Assembly: GCA_041599395.1 (NCBI GenBank) | Contig: JBFHWR010000003.1 | Location: 1-36,614, forward strand | Direction of reading: 5' to 3' | Source of the DNA: Gemmatimonadales bacterium | GTDB taxonomy: Bacteria > Gemmatimonadota > Gemmatimonadetes > Gemmatimonadales > GWC2-71-9 | Length of the DNA stretch: 36,614 bases | In this document: in pieces, positions 9,133 to 18,309 of the stretch | Numbering within the stretch: position 1 is the stretch's first letter | Layout of the letters: each line of letters opens with the position of its first letter | Position numbers and translations under genes: made by a program | Notes under the pieces: generated by a model | The model's input: the letters and a program-made list of their open reading frames with translations, nothing else | Told to the model about the DNA's origin: nothing | Databases searched by the model: none

Positions 9133-10004
9133 ACTTCGTTGCCGACTCTCCGGAGGTAGTCACCGTACTCACTACCGGGATACTCCGAGGCGATGTTGAG
9201 CAGCTGCTGCCGGTCGATGTAGCCACAGCGTAAGGCGACCTCTTCAATGCAGGCGATCTTGAGCCCCTGTCTGCGTTCTATGGTCCGGATGAGATTTGAT
9301 GTTTCGAAGAGTGAATCCGGCGTCCCCGCATCCAGCCAAGCATGTCCGCGGCCGAGGAGTTCGACTTCCAATGCGTCGTTCTCGAGATACGCGTTGTTCA
9401 CCTCGCCAATCTCCAGTTCCCCCCTCGCTGATGGCTTGAGTCCCTTGACGATGTCGACCACCCCCGCGTCATAGAAGTACAAGCCGGTGACCGCATAGTG
9501 GGAACGCGGTTTCTGCGGCTTTTCCACGATTCTGCATGGTTGACCGTGAGGATCGAACTCGACGATGCCGTAGCGCTTCGGGTCGTCGACGTAATAGGCA
9601 AAGATGGTGGCTCCGACCCGGCGTTTGCTCGCCGCTCGCAACCGATTTGTCAGTCCGTCACCGTAAAAGATGTTATCGCCCAGCACGAGCGCGGCTCCCT
9701 GGCCAGCCAGGAACCCCTCCGCTAGCAAGAACGCTTGTGCGATGCCATCCGGCTGCGGCTGCACGGCGTAGCTCAGCGCGATTCCCCATTGCGATCCATC
9801 TCGCAAGAGCTTTTGAAACAGGGGTTGGTCGTCCGGGGTTGAAATGACCAGAATGTCCCGGAGCCCCGCGAGCATCAGCGTGGTCAGCGGATAATAGATC
9901 AGCGGTTTGTCGTAAACGTTGAGCAGTTGCTTGCTCACAACACTCGTGAGTGGCCAGAGTCTGGTCCCCTGACCACCGGCGAGCACGATGCCCTTCGTGA
10001 TCAA
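9129..10004 (-). CDS. rmlA: Glucose-1-phosphate thymidylyltransferase
   Basis: GIVLAGGQGTRLWPLT, SKQLL.VYDKPLIYYPL, LVLGDN, EKP, SARGELEI, WLDAGT. Confidence 0.97.
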   Translation of the reverse strand: MITKGIVLAGGQGTRLWPLTSVVSKQLLNVYDKPLIYYPLTTLMLAGLRDILVISTPDDQPLFQKLLRDGSQWGIALSYAVQPQPDGIAQAFLLAEGFLAGQGAALVLGDNIFYGDGLTNRLRAASKRRVGATIFAYYVDDPKRYGIVEFDPHGQPCRIVEKPQKPRSHYAVTGLYFYDAGVVDIVKGLKPSARGELEIGEVNNAYLENDALEVELLGRGHAWLDAGTPDSLFETSNLIRTIERRQGLKIACIEEVALRCGYIDRQQLLNIASEYPGSEYGDYLRRVGNEV

Positions 10005-11797
10005 AGCCGCTGACCCCCGGTGAGCGCGTGGGCACGGACAGTCGGCGGCTTGGCGCCCTCCGGCGCCTTGGGGTTCGCCACAGCTCCGAGGTAGTCGAGG
10101 TCCGTGATGATATCGCTAGCACCTTTGGCCAGCACGATGACCTCGGCGCTGCTGCGATAGGGAACAAAGCTCACCCGCTCTCGAAGTCCCGAGTCATCGT
10201 AATCCCGCAGCTCGGCGCGGAGCACCGAGATGTTCTTGTCGCTTGCCAAGACTCTGACCTGACGAGGCTCTTCCGAGAGTCGCTTGGAGATCCGCCTCCA
10301 CGAACTTCGCAGGCGCAGCGCGCCGCGCTGGTCAAGAGCCACCAGGACATACGGATCATCTGCAGGACTGCTACCCGTGTGGCTCGCGGGTGTCGCGGCT
10401 TCCGGCGACCCACGCAATCGCGATATCACCGTGAGCGCGAACACCGCGGTTTCAAACAGCAGTACGGCATCGAGCAGCAGCGATCGATGACTGATGTAGA
10501 AGAGGTCGTATTCAATGCTGTCATGAATTTCGAGGCCTTGCCGGTCGGCGCTCAGTTGCCACACGCCAGTGATCCCCGGTTTGACAACCAGGCGCCGCCT
10601 TTGAATAGTCGAGTAACCTTCAACGAAAAACGGCATCTCAGGTCTTGGCCCCACGAGACTCATGTCTCCGCGAAGCACATTCAAGAGTTGCGGCAGTTCA
10701 TCGAGGCCGGCAGCTCGCAAAAAGCCCCCGACACGCGTGACCTGCCGGTCGCTCAGCGTGCTGGACGATTGGTACGGATTCGTGTCAATGCGAAGTGAGC
10801 GGAACTTGAGGATAACAAACCGGCGGCCGCTCTTCCCAACCCGCTGCTGCCGAAAGAGCACCGGGCCTTCAGACTCGAAGCGAATGGCTATCGCGATCAT
10901 CACCCACAAGGGTGCGGTCACGACGAGACCCGTCATCGCCACGGTGATGTCGAGGATCCGCTTGGCAATCCTATATCCCCAATGCGGATGAACGTCAGCG
11001 AGCCGAAGTACTGGAATCGCACCGACGCTCTCAACGACAAGTTCGTCAGCACGTGCGTTAGCCAGCTCCGGGGCAATCCCCCACCGCAGGTTCTGGATAC
11101 GCATCTCGCCAAGTCTGGAGACCACATCGTGCTCATCGGCGGGTGAGCTTATCAGGACCTCCGTCACGTTGTTCTCGCGCACGACATCAGCCAAATCGGC
11201 CACGCGACCAAGCAGAGGAACTGCGATCTGCCTGGAGGTTGATCGATCCACTCGAAAGCAAACTTCGGCTGCGTTGGGGACGAAATCGTCAACAAACCCG
11301 ACCAACACTCGGCCGGCTTCGGGCGCCTGCACGATCTTTTTCATGAGCAGCCGTCCCGTTTCGTTGCAACCGCACACCAGTGTCCGATGTCGACGTCTGC
11401 CCGGCCAGTGAACCCGCGCACGGACTTCACCCATGAGGCGGCGCTCGAGCAGCAACGCGGGCACGATGGATGCTGTGGCCACCCCAACGAGAGCGCGTTG
11501 CCCATCCAACCCTCCTACCAAGAACAACACAGCAAGAAACAACGAGGCCGCAAGTGCAGCGCCTTCGAGCGTGGACCGTAATTCAAGCAGGTTCAGCACA
11601 GTATTCTGGGGACGGTAGAGTCCCATGCGGGCAAACGTGGCGACGACGATGAACGACAAGAGGGACGTTCGCAAAACAACGTTCCCGACCCCCACAAACT
11701 CATGGGTTGCGGTAATCACGAACGTCGCCCCAAACGCTACAACGACGGCTATGACATCCGCGGCAGCTCGAATGGCTACAGGGCGGTTCGCTACCAT
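10001..11797 (-). CDS. Initiating polyprenyl-phosphate sugar-1-phosphate transferase (WcaJ/WbaP-like) with C-terminal extension
   Basis: 4 N-terminal TMs, CoA-binding-like domain (GFVDD), KRILDI, KFRS, LDELPQLLNVLRGDMSLVGPRPE, KPGITG. Confidence 0.92.
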   Translation of the reverse strand: MVANRPVAIRAAADVIAVVVAFGATFVITATHEFVGVGNVVLRTSLLSFIVVATFARMGLYRPQNTVLNLLELRSTLEGAALAASLFLAVLFLVGGLDGQRALVGVATASIVPALLLERRLMGEVRARVHWPGRRRHRTLVCGCNETGRLLMKKIVQAPEAGRVLVGFVDDFVPNAAEVCFRVDRSTSRQIAVPLLGRVADLADVVRENNVTEVLISSPADEHDVVSRLGEMRIQNLRWGIAPELANARADELVVESVGAIPVLRLADVHPHWGYRIAKRILDITVAMTGLVVTAPLWVMIAIAIRFESEGPVLFRQQRVGKSGRRFVILKFRSLRIDTNPYQSSSTLSDRQVTRVGGFLRAAGLDELPQLLNVLRGDMSLVGPRPEMPFFVEGYSTIQRRRLVVKPGITGVWQLSADRQGLEIHDSIEYDLFYISHRSLLLDAVLLFETAVFALTVISRLRGSPEAATPASHTGSSPADDPYVLVALDQRGALRLRSSWRRISKRLSEEPRQVRVLASDKNISVLRAELRDYDDSGLRERVSFVPYRSSAEVIVLAKGASDIITDLDYLGAVANPKAPEGAKPPTVRAHALTGGQRL

Positions 11798-11813
11798 CCG
11801 CGCCGTCTTCCCC

Positions 11814-12503
11814 TCAGATACCGAACGCCACGATGGCCCCGACGGCCGAGATCAGCGCCCCGACGAGCACTGCGCTGTTTCGGGACAGCCAGCTTGTCTT
11901 CGGAACGTACACTTGGTCTCCCGAATGCAGCGTCGCAGCAACGGAACGGCTGACATCCAAGTTTGCCTCGACGGTTTGACCGTCGCGAATCAATCTGACC
12001 CGATTGAGATTCCCTCGCTCCGAGGCCCCGCCCGCTAACGCGATGATGTCATCCAGCGTCATCGTCGGGTCCACGAGGTAGAGCCCGGCGTCTCGGACCT
12101 CACCCAACACGCGCACGCGTCGCAGGTAAAACACTTGCACTGATTGGTTCCGCATCCGATCCTCGTACTCTCGAACCAGCTGCTGCTTGACTGACGCTGC
12201 GGGCCCGTCGGTCAGCGTCCGCGCCCCGAGCAAGGGTAGGGCAGCAGCACCAGCCTCATCGATTCTGTATTCACCATTGAGAGCCCTGTCCCGGGAGAAG
12301 GAAAGGCGAATCGCGTCGCCAGCCCGCAAGGGTAGTCCTTCCGGTTCCGCCGCCGTGCGAACGGCGGCATCGTTGGCGGACGACGTTCCGCGGCTCGCGC
12401 ATGCCGCCAGCACGAAACACGCGACGAGCCACGGCCCTCGAGACCAGAGGCGTCTGGTCCTCGGATCCGGAACCCGCCGTCTGAACCCGCGTTCAGGATT
12501 CAC
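11814..12503 (-). CDS. wza: Polysaccharide export lipoprotein (Wza/OPX family, Poly_export + SLBB)
   Basis: Lipobox LAAC, LRAGDAI, VRVLGEVRDAG, ALAGG, LHSGDQVYVP; hydrophobic C-terminal helix. Confidence 0.85.
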   Translation of the reverse strand: MNPERGFRRRVPDPRTRRLWSRGPWLVACFVLAACASRGTSSANDAAVRTAAEPEGLPLRAGDAIRLSFSRDRALNGEYRIDEAGAAALPLLGARTLTDGPAASVKQQLVREYEDRMRNQSVQVFYLRRVRVLGEVRDAGLYLVDPTMTLDDIIALAGGASERGNLNRVRLIRDGQTVEANLDVSRSVAATLHSGDQVYVPKTSWLSRNSAVLVGALISAVGAIVAFGI

Positions 12504-14898
12504 GCGAGTAGGCCCGGTAGCTGGAGGGAAGACTGACGTCGTTGAGCACGATTCCTACCGTGTGCGCCCCAGCCCGTTCGAGCCGCTCGAGGGTGAACTC
12601 GAGAGCAGTCGAGTCCGTCCTTCCCGCACGTACCACCAGCAGGACCGATTGAACACGGGCTGCGATCGCGGCCGAATCAGTGACCACGTTCAATGGAGGG
12701 GTGTCGATCACGACCAGATCGAAACGGTCTTCCATCTTTTTCAAGAGAGTCCGAAACCGGTCGCTTTCGAGAAGTTCGGCTCCGTGCGACGTCACCGCAC
12801 CGGCTGGCAGCACGCAGAGCGGATTCCCGGCTGATCCTACCTCCAGGATCGGGACGTGACGAGACACCTGAGTATCAGATGTCATCAACTCGGTGAGGCC
12901 TGGTACGTCCAGCGGAATTCTCAGGAAACGGGAAACGCCACGAGCGCGCAGGTCCGCATCGATGAGAAGGGTTCGGACACCATGACTCGCTCTCGCGATG
13001 GCGAGGTTGCACGCCGTGTACGTCTTGCCTTCTTCGCGTCCCGCACTTGTCACCGCCACCGAGCGGACGTCCTTGCCTCCGCCGCGACCGAGAAATCGGA
13101 GGTCGGCCGAAAGCGTCCGAAACGCCTCGAGTGCCAGCTGGCGCTCGGCCGTCCACGCTGGCGAGACCACCGCGGCCTTGTGGCCGTTCGTTGCGGGGAC
13201 CCGAACCGAAATAACAGGACCCGGCTTCTTGAGGGCGGGAATCATGCTCAGAACCGGAATACCGGTCTCTTCCTCGACCGCGGTTCGTTCTCGCACACTG
13301 GTGTCTACCGATTCCCTCCACAGCCCTAGCACGAGGCCAAACCCAGAAGCGAGAAGCAAACCCAGTGCGAAGGCGATGGGCTCGTTGGGTCGCGAATGCT
13401 CGAACGGCAGCGACGCCCGGTCGACTACGCGTACACTCGGCAGCTCCACGGCCTGCGCGATTTCCGCCTCCTGCAGACGCGTCTGGAGAAAGCCGTACAG
13501 ATCCTCGAGTAACGAGACCTGCCGCTCGAGCCGGGCAGTCTCCAGTTGCTGCAGCGGAATGGCAGCGAGCACCGCGCCGGAATTCTCGAGGGCCTCATCC
13601 AGCGAAGTAATTTGAGCCGCCAGCGCCTGCTCGTACCCAACGGCGATTGCTTTGATCTGCCCTTCTGTATCGGCGATCCACTGGTCAAGCGCCGCGAGCT
13701 CCACGTCCTGATCCGAGCGACGGACCGCCAGGTCGTTCCGCCGATTGTCCAGCTCGACCAGGTTGGCGACGAGTTCCGTGACGATCTGGTTTTGGTTCTT
13801 GAGGAACGTCGGAAAGCTCACGAGATCTCGGTATTTGCCGCTGCCCCGCGCCTCGTCACCTTCAATCTGAGTGATCAACGCGACTAACGACGCTCGTTCT
13901 GCTCGCAGTTGCTCGCGTGAGGCCCACAGTTGGGTGTTCTGACGAACTTCCTCGGCAGCCCGTGCGCCAAGTGCCACTGCCCTCGCGCGTTGCGCATACG
14001 AGCGCATGCTGTCCTCCACCGCGGCGAGACGCTGACTGACGAGATCTGCTTGATCGGCAAGGAACTCCGCGGCAGCCGTGGCCTCCGCTTTCTGAAGTTC
14101 TGCGCGCAGCGTGACGTAACTCTGGGCGAGGGCGCCACACAACCATTGCGCTCCCTCGGCCGTCCGAGCCTCACACGTCAGACCGATGAGGTCAGCATCC
14201 CGTTGGACGGCGTCAACGGTAATCTGTTCCTGGACTTCCTGCACTGCCTGAGAGAACGGAATGATCGTCAACCGAAAGGTGACAGCAGAGTCTGTTACCG
14301 GAAAAAGGACCGCGACATTACCAAAATAGAGGTGCTCCGCTGGCGCGGCCGTCGCTAACGTGTCCCCTGACCGTCCAACCACCGTCGTCCGGCCCCCCGC
14401 ATCACGCGACAGCTCGTACGTCCCAGCTCGCGCATCCGATCCCGCCACAAACGACGTGAACACTTCAGACGGGCGTTGGTCGCCATTCGGTGTCCTGACG
14501 GTGACATGCAGATCACCTCTGTCGACCACCGGCTCCACCACACGCCGACTCCTGACCAGCGCTACCTCGGTCTCGCGCGTTGCGAGACGACCAAGGCGAT
14601 CGAGCACGGCGAGAGCCGACACCTCGCTGCGCGAGGTCTGCTGGTGCTCAACCAGGAAGCTCGCCGACGACTCGTAGGTCTTCGGCATGAACAGGACGAA
14701 GGCCAAAACCGCCACCATGACAGCGGTGAACCCTCCGAGCATCGCCCACTTGCGACGAACCAGGAACTGACCGATCTGAGGCCTGTCGCGGCGCGGCTTG
14801 CCGTGTCCAGAACCTGTCGTGCTCACCCAAGTTCGTGGCAAGCGAAGGGGAGCAATCGGTCCCCTATCCCGAACTAATGGTTGGTCTTGGTTGTCCAC
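12493..14898 (-). CDS. wzc: Polysaccharide co-polymerase / tyrosine autokinase (Wzc/GumC)
   Basis: Two TMs flanking a coiled-coil periplasmic region; Walker A (TSAGREEGKT), A' (LLIDADLR), B (VVIDTPP); GIVLN. Confidence 0.93.
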   Translation of the reverse strand: MDNQDQPLVRDRGPIAPLRLPRTWVSTTGSGHGKPRRDRPQIGQFLVRRKWAMLGGFTAVMVAVLAFVLFMPKTYESSASFLVEHQQTSRSEVSALAVLDRLGRLATRETEVALVRSRRVVEPVVDRGDLHVTVRTPNGDQRPSEVFTSFVAGSDARAGTYELSRDAGGRTTVVGRSGDTLATAAPAEHLYFGNVAVLFPVTDSAVTFRLTIIPFSQAVQEVQEQITVDAVQRDADLIGLTCEARTAEGAQWLCGALAQSYVTLRAELQKAEATAAAEFLADQADLVSQRLAAVEDSMRSYAQRARAVALGARAAEEVRQNTQLWASREQLRAERASLVALITQIEGDEARGSGKYRDLVSFPTFLKNQNQIVTELVANLVELDNRRNDLAVRRSDQDVELAALDQWIADTEGQIKAIAVGYEQALAAQITSLDEALENSGAVLAAIPLQQLETARLERQVSLLEDLYGFLQTRLQEAEIAQAVELPSVRVVDRASLPFEHSRPNEPIAFALGLLLASGFGLVLGLWRESVDTSVRERTAVEEETGIPVLSMIPALKKPGPVISVRVPATNGHKAAVVSPAWTAERQLALEAFRTLSADLRFLGRGGGKDVRSVAVTSAGREEGKTYTACNLAIARASHGVRTLLIDADLRARGVSRFLRIPLDVPGLTELMTSDTQVSRHVPILEVGSAGNPLCVLPAGAVTSHGAELLESDRFRTLLKKMEDRFDLVVIDTPPLNVVTDSAAIAARVQSVLLVVRAGRTDSTALEFTLERLERAGAHTVGIVLNDVSLPSSYRAYSRES

Positions 14899-15268
14899 GC
14901 GCGTTCTTATAGATTCGGGTCGCGGAAACCGGGGGAGTCCAAACAGGAGCGGAACTCCGGCCTCCGGTGCTTGTTGGATTACTGATTCTGGGTCCCGGCG
15001 AACCGGTCACGGACGGGTGTCTCTCCTCAACACACCCAACCATGCGATTCAGTATTACTCGATCGATGTCCCCACTGTCGTTCAAGAGTCAACGCGCCCA
15101 AGGCGCGACCGTACCAGACGACGCCCTCGGGGGACACTAGGGCAACACCAGATTCGGAGAATTGTGCTCGACACCGAAGGGAAACGACCTGTTCCCGACG
15201 CGAAGTATGAACACCGGTACGACGTTCGGCAACCGCTACATGGTCACTGACCGGTCACGGCTTGATCG

Positions 15269-15316
15269 GGTTGGTGTGACATCGTTGCGATGTGGTTGGT
15301 GTGACCTCGTTGCGAT
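15269..15316. repeat. Direct repeat, 2 x 23 bp, 25-bp period
   Basis: GGTTGGTGTGACATCGTTGCGAT (15269-15291) and GGTTGGTGTGACCTCGTTGCGAT (15294-15316), 22/23 identical. Confidence 0.85.
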
Positions 15317-15440
15317 CTGTTGGGTTGGAGGGCAGGGCCGGAGACGCAGCGGTACCTAGAAGGAAATCGCCACACCCTTCACAAAGACTCGCCAGCGCCA
15401 GAAGAGCAGCTAATGGATTTACGTACCGTTACTGTTGCAA

Positions 15441-16130
15441 TCACGCAACACTCTCCGCATAAACGTTTGCCACCGCAATCACACCCCCAGCATCCTCCAC
15501 CGGAACGAGAATGCGCCGATACCCGTCTCCCTCGAACCGGTCGAGGCGCTGCCAATGACCCGGAAGTAGCTCGGCGACGAAGAGCTTCGCGTTGACCTTC
15601 GGACCGGCGGGATCCCACGTGAGGGCCGGGAACCCATAGTCTGCACCCCAGCCCACGTGGGCCACGTGCCCGCGGACAAAGCCATCTCGCCAGGTGCCGG
15701 TAATATCCGCGATGACATGATGATTCGCTTCTCCAGGGGCAAGCGATCCGTAGATCGCGAGTTTGCGGGATGGAGAGCCGAGCAGCATATCGAGCGCGTA
15801 CTCGAGGGAGGAAACCAGGTCGGTCGACCGCCGTGGTGCTCCGTCAGCCGCAGTCCGGAGGGCCCGCTCCGCCTCGAGCATGCCCGGGACTGTCTCCGTC
15901 ATTCCTTCACCGGCCAACTCTGTCGATCGAACGGCGCTGACCAGGATACCGAGCGACGCTGCCAACCCTCCAGAGGAAGATCTCGCAGCGAGAGCGTCGT
16001 TCCCTGACGCATTCAAGGTAGTCAGCGCCCGCTCCAGATCTTCCCGAATCGCGCGCCGCCGCCACCAGACGGTTGACCCGGTGTCGCTCCGTCCATTCAC
16101 GTCGCCCAATCGCACATCACTACGCGCCAT
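15441..16130 (-). CDS. Gamma-glutamylcyclotransferase (AIG2-like) protein with N-terminal extension
   Basis: LAIYGSLAPGEANH, GFPAL, LDRFEGDGYRR. ATG 16130 overlaps the sat/cysC stop; start uncertain. Confidence 0.8.
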   Translation of the reverse strand: MARSDVRLGDVNGRSDTGSTVWWRRRAIREDLERALTTLNASGNDALAARSSSGGLAASLGILVSAVRSTELAGEGMTETVPGMLEAERALRTAADGAPRRSTDLVSSLEYALDMLLGSPSRKLAIYGSLAPGEANHHVIADITGTWRDGFVRGHVAHVGWGADYGFPALTWDPAGPKVNAKLFVAELLPGHWQRLDRFEGDGYRRILVPVEDAGGVIAVANVYAESVA

Positions 16131-17856
16131 CACTCCGACCCACCCCCACGTAACCTTCCCGTTCGGCATGCAGTATGATCTGGTGTGCCGCCTGCTCTGG
16201 ACTGACATCGCTCGTATCGATGACAATCTCGGCGTCGGTGGGCTCCTCGTACGGATCGGAGACGCCCGTGAACTGCGTAATGATCCCTGCCCTCGCCTTG
16301 GCATACAGTCCTTTTCGGTCCCGCTGCTCGCAAACCTCGACCGGGGTGGCGACGTGCACCAGCATGAACCCGCCTACCGGCGCAATCAGGTCCCGCACGT
16401 TTTTCCGAACCGAGTCGTACGGGGCAATCGGAGCACACAGCGCGATACCGCCGTTCTTCGTGATCTCCGACGCGACGTAGCCGATCCGCAGGATATTGAT
16501 GTCGCGATGTTCCTTGGAGAAGCCCAGTTCCGAAGAGAGATGTTTGCGTACAATGTCCCCGTCGAGCAGCGTAATTGGTCGGCCACCCATTTCAAGGAGC
16601 TTGACCAGGAGCGCTTTCGCAATCGTCGACTTTCCCGCCCCCGACAGTCCGGTGAAGAACACCGTAAATCCTTGTTTGTGCCTTGGCGGATGGCTGTTCT
16701 GCAGCTCGGTCGCCACTGCCGGAAAGGTGAACCATTCGGGTATGTCCCTTCCCTCAGATAAACGCGCGCGGAGTTCCGTCCCAGAGATCGAGAGCGCACG
16801 CATGCCTGGTGGTACCTCGTCTACGGGCACGTACTTATCGGCATCCTGGAGGTACACCATCAGCTTGAATGGGACCATTTCGACACACAGCTCGCTCTCG
16901 TAGCGCTTGAGCATTTCCTGTGCGTCGTAGGGACCGTAAAACGGCTCGCCATTGGTACGCAGTCCCGGTCCAGCGTGGTCGCGACCCACGATGAGGTGAG
17001 TGCACCCGTAGTTTTTCCGAATGATCGCGTGCCATACGGCCTCTCGCGGTCCCGCCATTCTCATTGCGAGGGGAAGGAGCGAGAGCATGGCTGTGTTCTT
17101 GGGGTAACGGGGTAACAATGCCTGATAACAGCGCACCCGGGTGTAGTGATCCACATCGCCAGGCCTGGTCAGCCCGACGACAGGGTGGATCAGCACGTTG
17201 GCCTCGACCTCCTTGGCCGCCCGCAGTGTCAGCTCCTGATGTGCACGGTGCATTGGGTTCCGCGTTTGGAACGCCACGATTCTTCGCCATCCGCGCCGCA
17301 GAAATTCGGCCCGGAGCGAGGCCGGCGTGTCACGGAACTCGCGGTAGTCGTAGTGCACCGGTGTTTCCACACCCTGGAGCCTACCGCCGACATAACATGG
17401 GTTGCTTTGCGTCAGGAGATATGCGGCGCCGGGATGCCCAGGATCAGTCGTGCCGAGTACTGCCTCCGCCTCCAAGCCTCGATTCGGTTGCCACACATCC
17501 TCGACATGGAGCGCCGCGAGCATTACTCCCTCGGGATCCCGGAGCGCGAGCATCGAGCCAGGCTGTAGTCCCAGGCCGGCCTTTTCGGTCACGTCTAGTG
17601 TGATCGGCACCGGCCAAAGCGTTCCGTTAGCGAGCCGCATCGACGTGCATACCGTTTCGTAGTCACGCCGGGTCATGAATCCGCAAAGTGGCGAGAAGGC
17701 GCCAGTCAACAGCAACTCGAGATCGCACACCTGCCTTGGAGTCAGGTCCCATGACGGCCAATCCCGAGACTGCGACTTGAGGCTCGCGGCCTTCTCGCCG
17801 TCAGCCATGAGGTTTCGGAGTTTGCCCCCATGGGGTGAGATCAAATGATCACTCAC
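16120..17856 (-). CDS. sat/cysC: Bifunctional sulfate adenylyltransferase / adenylylsulfate kinase (PAPS synthase)
   Basis: FQTRNPMHRAH, RKNYGCTH.IVGRDHAG, ISGTELR; kinase domain FFTGLSGAGKST, LDGD, RDRKGLY, FTGVSDPYEEP. Confidence 0.96.
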   Translation of the reverse strand: MSDHLISPHGGKLRNLMADGEKAASLKSQSRDWPSWDLTPRQVCDLELLLTGAFSPLCGFMTRRDYETVCTSMRLANGTLWPVPITLDVTEKAGLGLQPGSMLALRDPEGVMLAALHVEDVWQPNRGLEAEAVLGTTDPGHPGAAYLLTQSNPCYVGGRLQGVETPVHYDYREFRDTPASLRAEFLRRGWRRIVAFQTRNPMHRAHQELTLRAAKEVEANVLIHPVVGLTRPGDVDHYTRVRCYQALLPRYPKNTAMLSLLPLAMRMAGPREAVWHAIIRKNYGCTHLIVGRDHAGPGLRTNGEPFYGPYDAQEMLKRYESELCVEMVPFKLMVYLQDADKYVPVDEVPPGMRALSISGTELRARLSEGRDIPEWFTFPAVATELQNSHPPRHKQGFTVFFTGLSGAGKSTIAKALLVKLLEMGGRPITLLDGDIVRKHLSSELGFSKEHRDINILRIGYVASEITKNGGIALCAPIAPYDSVRKNVRDLIAPVGGFMLVHVATPVEVCEQRDRKGLYAKARAGIITQFTGVSDPYEEPTDAEIVIDTSDVSPEQAAHQIILHAEREGYVGVGRSDGA

Positions 17857-17963
17857 GATCGAGCGACCGCTGTTCGTAAAACGTCGTGCTCCTCGTGCAC
17901 CGTTCGGGCCTCCGAAATAGGTTCTACGGTTTTGCTCTGCACCCCTCCGAGTCCGTCAAGATT

Positions 17964-18026
17964 TCACTCTCCATTCGCCATTCCCCATTCTCCACTCTCC
18001 ATTCTCCACTCTCCACTCTCCACTCT
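17964..18026. repeat. Heptamer tandem repeat, 9 units of consensus CCAYTCT
   Basis: tcactct ccattcg ccattcc ccattct ccactct ccattct ccactct ccactct ccactct. Confidence 0.9.
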
Positions 18027-18294
18027 ATTCGTCTTTCCAGTTCCACCACTTCAGCAGTTTGGGATCGTGGTCGGTGTTCTTGGCAAAGTAGACCGCACAG
18101 CGAAAAACGTAGAGCACGCACCGATCGATGTGGGCACCGCGCAGCACACACAGATCGCGGTACATGCGTTCCGGATCGGCGCCGGCGATGTCGTCCACGC
18201 TGCGGAAGCCCAGGGCCTGCAGGTCTTGCGCAATGCTCGGCCCGACACCCGGGATCCGAGTAAGATCGCTTGTGGATGTGACGCTTGGGCTCAT
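18025..18294 (-). CDS. Helix-hairpin-helix protein (Cdd1 / mitomycin-resistance-like family)
   Basis: DLTRIPGVGPSIAQDL, DPERMY..LC, DRCVLYVFRCAVYFA, KWWNWKD. Confidence 0.85.
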   Translation of the reverse strand: MSPSVTSTSDLTRIPGVGPSIAQDLQALGFRSVDDIAGADPERMYRDLCVLRGAHIDRCVLYVFRCAVYFAKNTDHDPKLLKWWNWKDE

Positions 18295-18309
18295 GAGGAT
18301 CGTCTCCCG

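Noticed and set aside
15269-15316. Possible mini-CRISPR
   Set aside because: Only two copies separated by 2 nt; no spacers or cas genes.
14798-15618. Small ORFs in the wzc upstream region
   Set aside because: No recognisable motifs or RBS, Arg/Pro-rich shadow-like composition, mutually overlapping.
15763-16761. 332-aa plus-strand ORF
   Set aside because: Antisense to the cysC domain and the GGCT gene.
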